From IMG/VR virus record IMGVR_UViG_3300044539_000240: DNA of 64,000 nt. One strand, 5' to 3'. The notes beneath the pieces are model-generated. The model did not search any database. It saw nothing but the letters and a program-made list of their open reading frames with translations, and was not told the origin of the DNA. This DNA is from a virus. Positions 56,612 to 64,000 of the stretch are shown in pieces. Made by a program: the position numbers and the translations under genes. Every line of letters begins with the position of its first letter. Position 1 is the first letter of the stretch.

Positions 56612-56646
56612 AAAAAAACCCACCGATTAGGGTGGGTTTGTTTTTA
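56612..56646. terminator. intrinsic terminator (cccacc-gattag-ggtggg, A-run upstream, T-rich downstream)
   Basis: Between 55710..56576 and 56644..57453. Confidence 0.6.
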
Positions 56647-57453
56647 TTTTAACATTTCGTAAGCCCTAGCTAATCGTGTTAGTCCAATTCCCGCACCAAA
56701 TCTTGGGAAGAAATCATGAGATAAAAACTCTTCAAGTTCTTTTTCAACCCTTTCTTTACCAAATAGTTCAAACAACTTGGATGAATAACCTCCACCTTCA
56801 ATGGTATAAAACATTTCTCTCATCTTTTCAACATCACAACTTCTCTCAGCAGAACCAATTGTTTCTTGCCCAAACATAATAACATCAACTTTATTAAAAA
56901 TGTTATCTTCCCCGTGTTTCATATTCCAAAAGGGATTAGTTCTTATTGGAAAATTTTGAAGTGATACAATAGGTCCTTTTTCTTTCCACATTCTTGATTC
57001 GTGTTCATCTTCCAATATTCTAACACCACCATATTCCTCACACACATCTTCATAATTAACCTCAACCGGTGTTTCAAATCCAAGATGTTCAAGTAAGTCT
57101 TGTTCTAATTTCAACATTGTGTTCATGTCACCTTTAGATTCAAATTCAAACATTGGGAAAATTAATTCATGACGACCCGGGATAGGATTTTTCTCTTCTC
57201 TATATGAAGTTGAGATACAAAATACTCCGTCCCATTCAGGGTTTTTTAATAATTCATACTCCAACCACATCTGTCCGGTTTGTGGTAATGGCCATATTTC
57301 ACCACTATATTCGAATGTTTTTACCGAATGTGGATTTTCACATGCTGCCAAGATTGATAATCTACTTTGCGTAGGGACTTCCTTAAAGTTTCTTTCAAGG
57401 AAAAAAGTTCTCATTTTTTGTACCAGTTCGTGGTAAGTTTCTGTGTTTCTCAT
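56644..57453 (-). CDS. class II aminoacyl-tRNA-synthetase-like catalytic core without anticodon-binding domain (AsnA / EpmA / archaeal AS-AR-like), 269 aa
   Basis: Motif 2-like STSYREEKNPIPGRHELIFPMFEFE (cf. fRNE..RHnPEFTmlE) and motif 3-like GAGIGLTRLARA (cf. GGGIGxxRL). Confidence 0.6.
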   Translation of the reverse strand: MRNTETYHELVQKMRTFFLERNFKEVPTQSRLSILAACENPHSVKTFEYSGEIWPLPQTGQMWLEYELLKNPEWDGVFCISTSYREEKNPIPGRHELIFPMFEFESKGDMNTMLKLEQDLLEHLGFETPVEVNYEDVCEEYGGVRILEDEHESRMWKEKGPIVSLQNFPIRTNPFWNMKHGEDNIFNKVDVIMFGQETIGSAERSCDVEKMREMFYTIEGGGYSSKLFELFGKERVEKELEEFLSHDFFPRFGAGIGLTRLARAYEMLK

Positions 57454-57496
57454 TTTTTGTTTGATTTTTATTTATTTATTTATGTTCACATATCGG

Positions 57497-57528
57497 CAAA
57501 AAAAATCCCTTCAAATAATGAAGGGATT
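57497..57528 (-). terminator. intrinsic terminator (aatcccttca-aataa-tgaagggatt)
   Basis: 10 bp stem; U-run on the minus strand. Downstream of a 51-aa mini-ORF (about 57641..57793, MKHILNNLSEEEKNAIREQ...). Confidence 0.6.
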
Positions 57529-57904
57529 AAAGACAACCAATATCGGTTGTAATATTATTTGTATTTCTATTTTTTTTCTTTTTATACATCGATAATAAGT
57601 ATATGTAAGTTGTCTAAAAATACAATACTTTTTTTATTTTTTATTTTCTTCTTTTACTAATGGTTTTGAGTCACCAAGTTTAGAATTAATTAATTTTGAG
57701 AAATTCTCAGTCATAACTTTCATTCCTCCTGTGTGTTGTTCACGGATGGCATTTTTTTCTTCTTCAGATAAATTATTCAATATGTGTTTCATATGTTCGT
57801 TTTATTATAAATAGTTTGTTATGATGGAAAATAATTGTCAAACACCCTATTATAGTGGAAAATAAAGGACAATTAACCTTATTTTTTACTTTTTAATGGA
57901 AAAT

Positions 57905-58213
57905 TTAGTAAATTTTGTGAACTTTAATCCCATAATTCTCCAAAAACCACTCCTCCATTGTTGTTTTGGTTCTAACCCAACCTAAATCAAAAACATTTTC
58001 AAGGTGATTTACAATATGTTTTTTAAGTCCCGGTATTTCAATATACAAATTACCTGAATCCGTGGAATAATAAAAAATCACTTTATTATTTTCATTAACA
58101 AAATGTTTTAAATGAAGTCTTGGTTCATCAATTTCTTTTAATCCACCAAAAAAACCTCCAATATATTTGGAAATAAATTTATCTAATTGGTTTTCTGTTA
58201 TAACATATTTCAT
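57905..58213 (-). CDS. N-terminal motif family member (MKYVITENQLDKFI). Start corrected.
   Basis: The internal Met restores the family N-terminus and gives a TAA-N-ATG junction with the upstream gene. Confidence 0.55.
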   Translation of the reverse strand: MKYVITENQLDKFISKYIGGFFGGLKEIDEPRLHLKHFVNENNKVIFYYSTDSGNLYIEIPGLKKHIVNHLENVFDLGWVRTKTTMEEWFLENYGIKVHKIY

Positions 58214-58214
58214 A

Positions 58215-58535
58215 TTAAGCACATTTGTTCTTATGATATTTAACCAAGTAATCACCAAACTTGTCTACAAAATAATAGTAGAGAGAATCATTTTCTTCAG
58301 GTTTTAAAACGTAATCAAAGTCATTAACAAAGTAATCGTGATACATTTCAACCAAAGAATCACAGGCATTACTAACAAATTCACCAATATCATCATATTC
58401 ACATATGTCCATTTCATCAAGGATTCCCCACTCCAAATCATTCATCATGTTTTTAAATGGTAATCTTCTTCGTACTTCCGGTGATAACGATTCTGTTAAT
58501 AAAACGTATTGAGATTCAGTTATAACATATTTCAT
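58215..58535 (-). CDS. N-terminal motif family member (MKYVITESQYVLLTESL). Start corrected.
   Basis: N-terminus nearly identical to 48100..49131; TAA-N-ATG junction. Confidence 0.55.
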   Translation of the reverse strand: MKYVITESQYVLLTESLSPEVRRRLPFKNMMNDLEWGILDEMDICEYDDIGEFVSNACDSLVEMYHDYFVNDFDYVLKPEENDSLYYYFVDKFGDYLVKYHKNKCA

Positions 58536-58536
58536 C

Positions 58537-58908
58537 TTAGTTGATTGTTTTAACTGGCAAATCAAAATTCTTCATAAACCAATTTTTAAATGGTTCGTGC
58601 CACATATCACCAAAATAACCGTTTAATTTTATCTCATAATCATACTCAATACTGACCATAGGACAAATCTCTCTAGCAAGACTTTCCGGATTAAAGTAAT
58701 CACATTCGTGCCAATAAAAACAACCTTCATCTTCTCCTTCATAGTCCCCTATGTAAAACACAACCCGATTAACATCATCCCATTCTTCACCTGTCTCTAA
58801 ATCATAATCTAATGGATGTGTCCAATTAATATCATCTATATCAAAAAGACTATCCAAGTAATTGGTGATTGTTTCGTCCAGTTTACTTTCAGTTATTATG
58901 TATTTCAT
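58537..58908 (-). CDS. N-terminal motif family member (MKYIITESKLDETITNYLDSLFDIDDINWTHP), paralog of 46021..46386
   Basis: GTATTTATAATT upstream; first of a three-gene tandem array. Confidence 0.6.
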   Translation of the reverse strand: MKYIITESKLDETITNYLDSLFDIDDINWTHPLDYDLETGEEWDDVNRVVFYIGDYEGEDEGCFYWHECDYFNPESLAREICPMVSIEYDYEIKLNGYFGDMWHEPFKNWFMKNFDLPVKTIN

Positions 58909-58927
58909 AATTATAAATACTCAACAA

Positions 58928-58953
58928 TAAAAAAACCCACCTCAATGGGTGGG
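58928..58953 (-). terminator. intrinsic terminator (cccacc-tcaat-gggtggg; U-run on the minus strand)
   Basis: Downstream of 58962..59450. Confidence 0.6.
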
Positions 58954-58961
58954 ATAATTTA

Positions 58962-59450
58962 TTAACCTCGTCTTCCTGATGATGTTCCTCGTCCACCACT
59001 TTGTGGTCTAACTGAAGGTGTCTCAGGTCTATATTCTCTTTGTGGTCTAACTGAAGGAGTTTCGGTTCTTGTTGATGGTTGTCTAACAGATTCAGTTCTC
59101 ACTTGGGGACTTCCTCGATATCCATTACTTCTCGCAACTCTATGTCCACGGTTATAATACACCGGATGTGAATAATAATAGTTATGAATTCTTGGTCTCC
59201 AATATGGGTCATCAAAATAAAACCACCAAGTATTACCGTAGTACCAATTATTTCCCCAATAAAATCTCCAATTATCGTAATAATATGGGTCTAATTGGTT
59301 TGAAAATGTAGATAATGGGACTTGAACTTGCTGTCCCAATTCATTAACAGCCAAGATATGTGTTATTCTTGGTTGAGATGACACGTTTTGATAATTACCA
59401 CAGGATGATAATGTTAAAATCAAAAACAATAATAATATAAATTTTTTCAT
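58962..59450 (-). CDS. lipoprotein with Tyr/Trp/Asn-rich core and R/S/P-rich repetitive tail (162 aa)
   Basis: MKKFILLLFLILTLSSC lipobox; repeats TETPSVRPQ. Confidence 0.55.
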   Translation of the reverse strand: MKKFILLLFLILTLSSCGNYQNVSSQPRITHILAVNELGQQVQVPLSTFSNQLDPYYYDNWRFYWGNNWYYGNTWWFYFDDPYWRPRIHNYYYSHPVYYNRGHRVARSNGYRGSPQVRTESVRQPSTRTETPSVRPQREYRPETPSVRPQSGGRGTSSGRRG

Positions 59451-59495
59451 AATATATTTTTTTCAAAAATTATGCCAAAAAATAGTTACCTATCT

Positions 59496-60182
59496 TTATT
59501 TTATACCCTCAAAACCTCCACCCTTTGTGTCAATTTTTTCGATAATCTTATTTATTAAATTACCATTTTGTAATAAATGGCGACCAAGCTGAGGGATTGG
59601 AGAATCCACATATTCAATATTCACATTAGGATATTGTTGAATATATTGACTTTGTTTTACGTGTGTTGGTGTATTTTGGTCTACAATAGAATATATTTGA
59701 GTATTATAATTTATATTGGATAAATGATTCCTTAAATTAAGTTTAGAAATATTTTGGTCCAAAAAGCTTACTTTAGACTCTCTCCCATCTCCTTGTTCAA
59801 ATAAAGTATTTTGGTCCAAATAAGTTATTGTGTTTATCCCTATAACTTTATCAACATTTAACATTGTGCCTAAAAGGATGGCCACGTAAGCTCCCACACA
59901 ATTACCCATAAAAATAGTCGTATCATAATTCGTCATGTATTGTGATAACATATCTAATGTTTTCTCAGGTGTATTTCTATCGGAATCAATTCCTTGAAAA
60001 AAGAAAGAATCATTTGTGTCATCAACTTTTAATACATCATATCCCATTGATGCCAAAGAATTCAACATTACCTTAACGTCTTCAACCGGACTTGCAAATA
60101 TTTTATCAGCATGTGCTTGAAACGTTACAATTAAGGTACGATTATTATTAAAATTTTCGTATAAGACTTCTCTTGGTGGCAT
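59496..60182 (-). CDS. hypothetical protein, paralog of 60583..61224 (228 aa)
   Basis: Roughly 45 percent identity across its length to 60583..61224, including IFMGNCxGxxAILxGTMLNVDKVIG and THVKQS. Confidence 0.55.
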   Translation of the reverse strand: MPPREVLYENFNNNRTLIVTFQAHADKIFASPVEDVKVMLNSLASMGYDVLKVDDTNDSFFFQGIDSDRNTPEKTLDMLSQYMTNYDTTIFMGNCVGAYVAILLGTMLNVDKVIGINTITYLDQNTLFEQGDGRESKVSFLDQNISKLNLRNHLSNINYNTQIYSIVDQNTPTHVKQSQYIQQYPNVNIEYVDSPIPQLGRHLLQNGNLINKIIEKIDTKGGGFEGIK

Positions 60183-60215
60183 ATTATCATTTTTAAGTTA
60201 ATGATAAATATAAAG

Positions 60216-60566
60216 TTATTTTGATTTCACAATACTCGCTCCACCACAAATAATAATTTGTTGACCATCTTTAATCCTGTCAAAATAAACACATCCATCT
60301 TTCACCTCAAATTTATTGGTAGTATAAACAACACCGGATGATGTTGTTATTTCGTAAACACCCGTTGGCTCAATAGCAACTACGTAAGTACCTACTTTAA
60401 ATAAAATGAAAATTAATATAATACCGTATAATAATTTTTTGTTCTTAGAGAAAAAGGTTATCATACGACTAATCCATCCCACCATTTTAAACATAACTGA
60501 TGTTGCCATGTCACTAAACTTTTCCAAATCATTCATTTGGTCTTTATCTAATTTAAAATTTTTCAT
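60216..60566 (-). CDS. membrane protein (116 aa)
   Basis: TM helix LYGIILIFILFKVGTYVVAI; sits between the two paralogs. Confidence 0.5.
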   Translation of the reverse strand: MKNFKLDKDQMNDLEKFSDMATSVMFKMVGWISRMITFFSKNKKLLYGIILIFILFKVGTYVVAIEPTGVYEITTSSGVVYTTNKFEVKDGCVYFDRIKDGQQIIICGGASIVKSK

Positions 60567-60582
60567 ATTAATAACGTTTTAT

Positions 60583-61224
60583 TTAATTTTCAATAATCTC
60601 TTCAATTTTAGAGATTAATTTATTTTTTTCTTTAAGATAAGCGGCAACCATTGAACTATTACAATCAACAAACTCTATGTTCACATTAGGACAAGTTAAA
60701 ATATTATTACTTTGTTTTACGTGTGTATCAGTATTTTGAGAAACAATAGAATAAATTTTAGTGTCATAAATTTTATTATCCAAATATGGTTTTAGATTTA
60801 AATATTCTATTGATTGGTCCAAAGAAATAAGTCTGTCTTCTCTACCGTCCTCATTTAACAATAATGTTTTTTGGTCCAAATATGTTGCGGGATTAAATCC
60901 AATAACCTTATCAACATTTAACATAGTACCATACAGAATAGCCGCATGACCTCCACCACAATTTCCCATAAAAATAGTTTTGGTATATCCCGAAATATAT
61001 TCTGATAACTTACCCAAAACTTTTTCCATTGAATCATACGTCCCATCAATACCATTAAAAAAATAATATCCGGTTGTATCGTTAATTTTTAATGTATCGT
61101 AACTTAATTCAGACAAAGTTTTTTTAAACTCATCGACTGTGGTACCAAATACCGTTTTTTCATGAGCTTGAAAGGCAACAACTAAAGTATCACTACCTTT
61201 TATGTCCTCATAAATTGATTCCAT
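60583..61224 (-). CDS. hypothetical protein, paralog of 59496..60182 (213 aa)
   Basis: See 59496..60182. Confidence 0.55.
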   Translation of the reverse strand: MESIYEDIKGSDTLVVAFQAHEKTVFGTTVDEFKKTLSELSYDTLKINDTTGYYFFNGIDGTYDSMEKVLGKLSEYISGYTKTIFMGNCGGGHAAILYGTMLNVDKVIGFNPATYLDQKTLLLNEDGREDRLISLDQSIEYLNLKPYLDNKIYDTKIYSIVSQNTDTHVKQSNNILTCPNVNIEFVDCNSSMVAAYLKEKNKLISKIEEIIEN

Positions 61225-61228
61225 GTAT

Positions 61229-61819
61229 TTAACGAGGTTTGTAAATTGGTTTGATTTTTTCCAAGTCTGATATTAGATTATTTAAAGATGCTGTTTCAGT
61301 ATAAAATTTATTATACAAATCACCCATTTGTTTTTTGTAGTTTGGGTTTTTATTTAATACACCACCTTGTTTCGGTACAGGAATAGCAGATTTAATATTC
61401 TCCAATTCTTTTTTCAATATATGGGCATTAGAATAAATATTTTTTAAATCTACAACACCACCTTTAGCCGCGGATATATCTTTAGCCAATAATCTTGCAT
61501 AGGTGTTAGCAATTCCACTTCCACCTTGGCTTTTTAAATAGTGTTCCAAACTTTTTATATTAGAAGAATGGGTGTTAAATACATTTTTTAACTTATCACC
61601 AACTTTAACTTTTTTTGGGAATGATTGAATTAACATTTGGACCTTACTTGGTAATTGACCCATTAATGGTACACCCACCTTGGCGGCAGGTTTTGAACCA
61701 AATTTAAAAATCTTTTGTAAGATGTTTCTTAATATTTGTTCATTCATCTCAGGCTTATCAGTAACCCTTTTAATAACATTGGCCAATTCTGATTCGGTTA
61801 ACCTTATAATTTTCCCCAT
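61229..61819 (-). CDS. N-terminal motif family member (MGKIIRLTESELANVIKRV), 196 aa
   Basis: R-L-T-E-S-E-L; GTATTTATAATT 15 nt upstream. Confidence 0.55.
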   Translation of the reverse strand: MGKIIRLTESELANVIKRVTDKPEMNEQILRNILQKIFKFGSKPAAKVGVPLMGQLPSKVQMLIQSFPKKVKVGDKLKNVFNTHSSNIKSLEHYLKSQGGSGIANTYARLLAKDISAAKGGVVDLKNIYSNAHILKKELENIKSAIPVPKQGGVLNKNPNYKKQMGDLYNKFYTETASLNNLISDLEKIKPIYKPR

Positions 61820-61848
61820 AATTTAGTCATTTAATTATAAATACTTCA

Positions 61849-62940
61849 CTAACCAATATTTTCTTTCACACCAAATTTAATTGTTTCCTCAAGATAATTA
61901 TAAAACGCTTTTGTTCTATCTTCTTTACCGTGATAATAATTACCATAACCTATTAGTTCTCCACTTTGGTCAGGTAATGGTTGGGTTTCTTTAATACCGG
62001 TTTCAATAATAGTATCAACATTACCATCAGTAATGTTTTGTCTCAAAATAGTTTTCTTAATGCCATTTTGTATAGTGTCTTCAACCATTACCTGTGGCAT
62101 ATACTCGGTGTTGAGAGTTTCCTTAACTCCATTCTCAATAACATCATCAATCATTTTTGGGTAACTAGTTGAGTTATTTTCTTTCATCCATTCATCGGTT
62201 GACGCAATATCACCATTACCGGGTGTCTTTGTTTCTTTAATACCATTTTCAATAAGATATTCAACTACTTTAGTATAATCTTTATGAATGCGTCCGGTAA
62301 GTTTTATACCCTCTTCAAGTGTATCTTCAATAAAAAAAGAACGGTCGTTTTCTATACCTCGTATGTTTTTCACCCCATTTTCGATTATTTCTTCAACTTG
62401 CCAATCAGTATATTGTGTCATTGGGGAAATATCTCTCACCCCATTTTCAATTATATTTTTAACTGTGAGTTGTTTATGTCCTCGATTAAACATAGTTTCC
62501 TTCACCCCATTCTCAATAACATTTTCACAATCTACCTTCATTCTAACAAAAGAGAATGAGTTTTCTTTCACCGCCATTTCAATGATTCCTTCAACTTCAC
62601 CTTCCGTAATGTTTTGTTCCAAAATGGTGTCTTTAACCTTATTGATTATATTATCTTCCACCCATTGGGTAATGTAATGTTGATTCTCCACAACATCCAT
62701 TGAGGCATAAGCAAACATCCCTTTGAAAAAGTTATAGTTATACCACAGAGTTTTGCTCTCGGTTAATTCAATCACCCATTGTTTGGACTCCGTGAATATT
62801 AACCAAGTGGAGCCATTATGGGTATAAGTGTCCACACCTTTAACAGATTCATCAATTAATTTATTAACTATTTTTTTCATCAACTTTCTTTTTAAATAAT
62901 TCGAAAAACTTATCTTGGTTTGTTTTCTCAGGTGGGACAA
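61849..62940 (-). CDS. repeat protein with about 8 degenerate approximately 27-aa repeats (hxxxIENG[VI]KET). Start possibly at 62880.
   Basis: Repeats visible in both protein and DNA (ccattttcaata... recurring on the plus strand). Confidence 0.55.
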   Translation of the reverse strand: MSHLRKQTKISFSNYLKRKLMKKIVNKLIDESVKGVDTYTHNGSTWLIFTESKQWVIELTESKTLWYNYNFFKGMFAYASMDVVENQHYITQWVEDNIINKVKDTILEQNITEGEVEGIIEMAVKENSFSFVRMKVDCENVIENGVKETMFNRGHKQLTVKNIIENGVRDISPMTQYTDWQVEEIIENGVKNIRGIENDRSFFIEDTLEEGIKLTGRIHKDYTKVVEYLIENGIKETKTPGNGDIASTDEWMKENNSTSYPKMIDDVIENGVKETLNTEYMPQVMVEDTIQNGIKKTILRQNITDGNVDTIIETGIKETQPLPDQSGELIGYGNYYHGKEDRTKAFYNYLEETIKFGVKENIG

Positions 62941-63262
62941 TTAACGATTCAACTTTAAATGAAATGAAATCCATTTCACTACCATAGGTCATTTTGAAAT
63001 AATCATTAAACAATCCTTCATAATGGTCTTTACCACCTTTTGGTACATCGTTCTCATTAAAAAATAAATTAATTGCAACCAAAAAATTAAAAGTTGGTTC
63101 AAAATTAATTGGGTTATAAACACTTTTACTTTTATAACCAATGGTAACAACCTCCCTAATCTCGGGGCACAATTTTAAAACAACCGTATTGAAACTTTCA
63201 GGTATATCAATATCGCATACATACTCATATGTTGTTGTTTCGTGTTCATTCTCTTCTCCCAT
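62864..63262 (-). CDS. hypothetical protein (132 aa)
   Basis: ORF; weak hairpin terminator upstream at about 63317-63355. Confidence 0.45.
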   Translation of the reverse strand: MGEENEHETTTYEYVCDIDIPESFNTVVLKLCPEIREVVTIGYKSKSVYNPINFEPTFNFLVAINLFFNENDVPKGGKDHYEGLFNDYFKMTYGSEMDFISFKVESLIVPPEKTNQDKFFELFKKKVDEKNS

Positions 63263-63353
63263 AATATCTAATTTTTTACAAAGATAAGAAATTATTTTAT
63301 TAGAAAAAAGTGGGCATAAAAAACCCCACTACTAAGAGCGGGGTTATATTTTA

Positions 63354-64000
63354 TTAACGGATAATTTGAATTTTACCATCTTTAACATATTTCACATTAT
63401 AGATAGATTTGTTATTTTCATCCCTTCCCGGCCAAATAACTAAATCAACTGCTTTGTTTTTTGATTTATTATTAATAAAGTTCGTTACTTGACTTTCATT
63501 TGATTTTACTTGAATTGTGTTTACCGTTCCGTTTGGAAATTTGACAATTAAATCTATTGAAAATTTCATATCAATAAAATCTCCACTTCCACCTTGATAT
63601 AATATTTCCGCCGAATACGGAGGGGACATTAATTTATCTCTAACTTCATTTTCAAGTTGTTCACCAATTTCAGATTTTTCAATGGAGTTACCAATATACC
63701 CCAATAATTCTTTAGGAGATTTAGAATAATTTTCAATAAATTTTTTAAATAACAAACCTTGATTGTTTTTTAAAATATCTTTTATTTCATTTTTATTACC
63801 TTTATTGATTGTTTCTAAAATTTGTTTTGAAGCGACACCACCTTTTTCTAATGAATCAAATAAAAAATCTGTTAATAACACGGATAAATCAGTATAGTTT
63901 GTACATAATTTATTTACCGGGTGCCACTCCTTATTTTCATCATAAACTAATTCTTCATTTTTAAGATTGTTAACAAAATTATCATATGACCACTTATCAA
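63354..64000 (-). CDS. hypothetical protein, 5' partial (reading frame stays open to the window end)
   Basis: The track start is a GTG; the frame continues without a stop for 40 more codons to position 64000. Confidence 0.45.
   Translation of the reverse strand, partial: DKWSYDNFVNNLKNEELVYDENKEWHPVNKLCTNYTDLSVLLTDFLFDSLEKGGVASKQILETINKGNKNEIKDILKNNQGLLFKKFIENYSKSPKELLGYIGNSIEKSEIGEQLENEVRDKLMSPPYSAEILYQGGSGDFIDMKFSIDLIVKFPNGTVNTIQVKSNESQVTNFINNKSKNKAVDLVIWPGRDENNKSIYNVKYVKDGKIQIIR

Noticed and set aside
62284-62677. Plus-strand ORFs 61981..62172, 62284..62559 and 62288..62677
   Set aside because: They are antisense to the repeat protein 61849..62940. The repetitive sequence keeps antisense frames open.
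1-64000. CRISPR array, rRNA, integrase or transposase, capsid/portal/terminase
   Set aside because: I found no regularly spaced direct repeats beyond short intragenic tandem repeats, no rRNA-like segments, and no recognisable recombinase or structural-module signatures. Some may be present but unrecognisable by eye.

Overview
This AT-rich 64 kb window is densely packed with short genes on both strands and reads most like part of the genome of a large, probably lytic, bacteriophage of a Bacteroidetes (Flavobacteriia-type) host. I could not identify a capsid, portal or terminase gene in this window, so the phage assignment is an inference from the features below.

Evidence for that reading:
- A cluster of six same-strand tRNA genes at the left end (Phe partial, Tyr, Val, Cys, Gln, Ser). 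tRNA-Tyr has the bacterial-type long variable arm.
- Phage-typical nucleotide and RNA metabolism genes: a thymidylate-synthase homolog with large insertions, a T4 Rnl1-family RNA ligase, a polynucleotide-kinase-like P-loop protein, two calcineurin-type metallophosphoesterases and a Serratia-family (DRGH) DNA/RNA nuclease.
- A ClpP-like protease, a cyclophilin, and two peptidoglycan hydrolases (GH73 and GH19, the latter with a peptidoglycan-binding domain).
- Operons with overlapping stop/start codons and many GC-hairpin plus U-run intrinsic terminators.
- Six good matches to the Bacteroidetes sigma-A -7 promoter element TAnnTTTG immediately upstream of plus-strand genes.
- A Por/T9SS C-terminal sorting domain on a 627-aa secreted protein.

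The most striking feature is a family of at least 13 otherwise unrelated proteins, mostly between 40 and 62 kb on the minus strand. They share only a roughly 10-residue N-terminus, M-K-[YI]-I-[IV]-T-E-[ST]-[QK]-[LY], i.e. an [ILV]-x-E site. Most are preceded on the coding strand by a TATTTATA box 2-12 nt from the ATG, and they are separated by terminators or by TAA-N-ATG junctions. Two larger upstream proteins share a different common N-terminus that also ends in T-L-x-E-N. I interpret this as a T4-internal-protein-like repertoire of capsid-targeted, protease-processed, probably injected proteins. That interpretation is a hypothesis.

Other notable content:
- Tandem NodU/CmcH-type carbamoyltransferases.
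- A 2OG-oxygenase, prolyl-4-hydroxylase and GT17-like glycosyltransferase cluster next to an acidic zinc-ribbon repeat protein.
- A 7.5 kb block of signal-peptide proteins, including a canonical EPN/WND C-type lectin and putative beta-barrel outer-membrane proteins.
- A truncated class-II aminoacyl-tRNA-synthetase-like core (AsnA/EpmA/AS-AR-like).
- A possible GH16 glycanase and a sulfotransferase-like protein.

I found no CRISPR array, rRNA or transposase.

Many start codons in the supplied ORF track are too far upstream, because the track uses the longest ATG. I corrected these where a paralog alignment or an overlap with a terminator or neighbouring gene made the true start clear.
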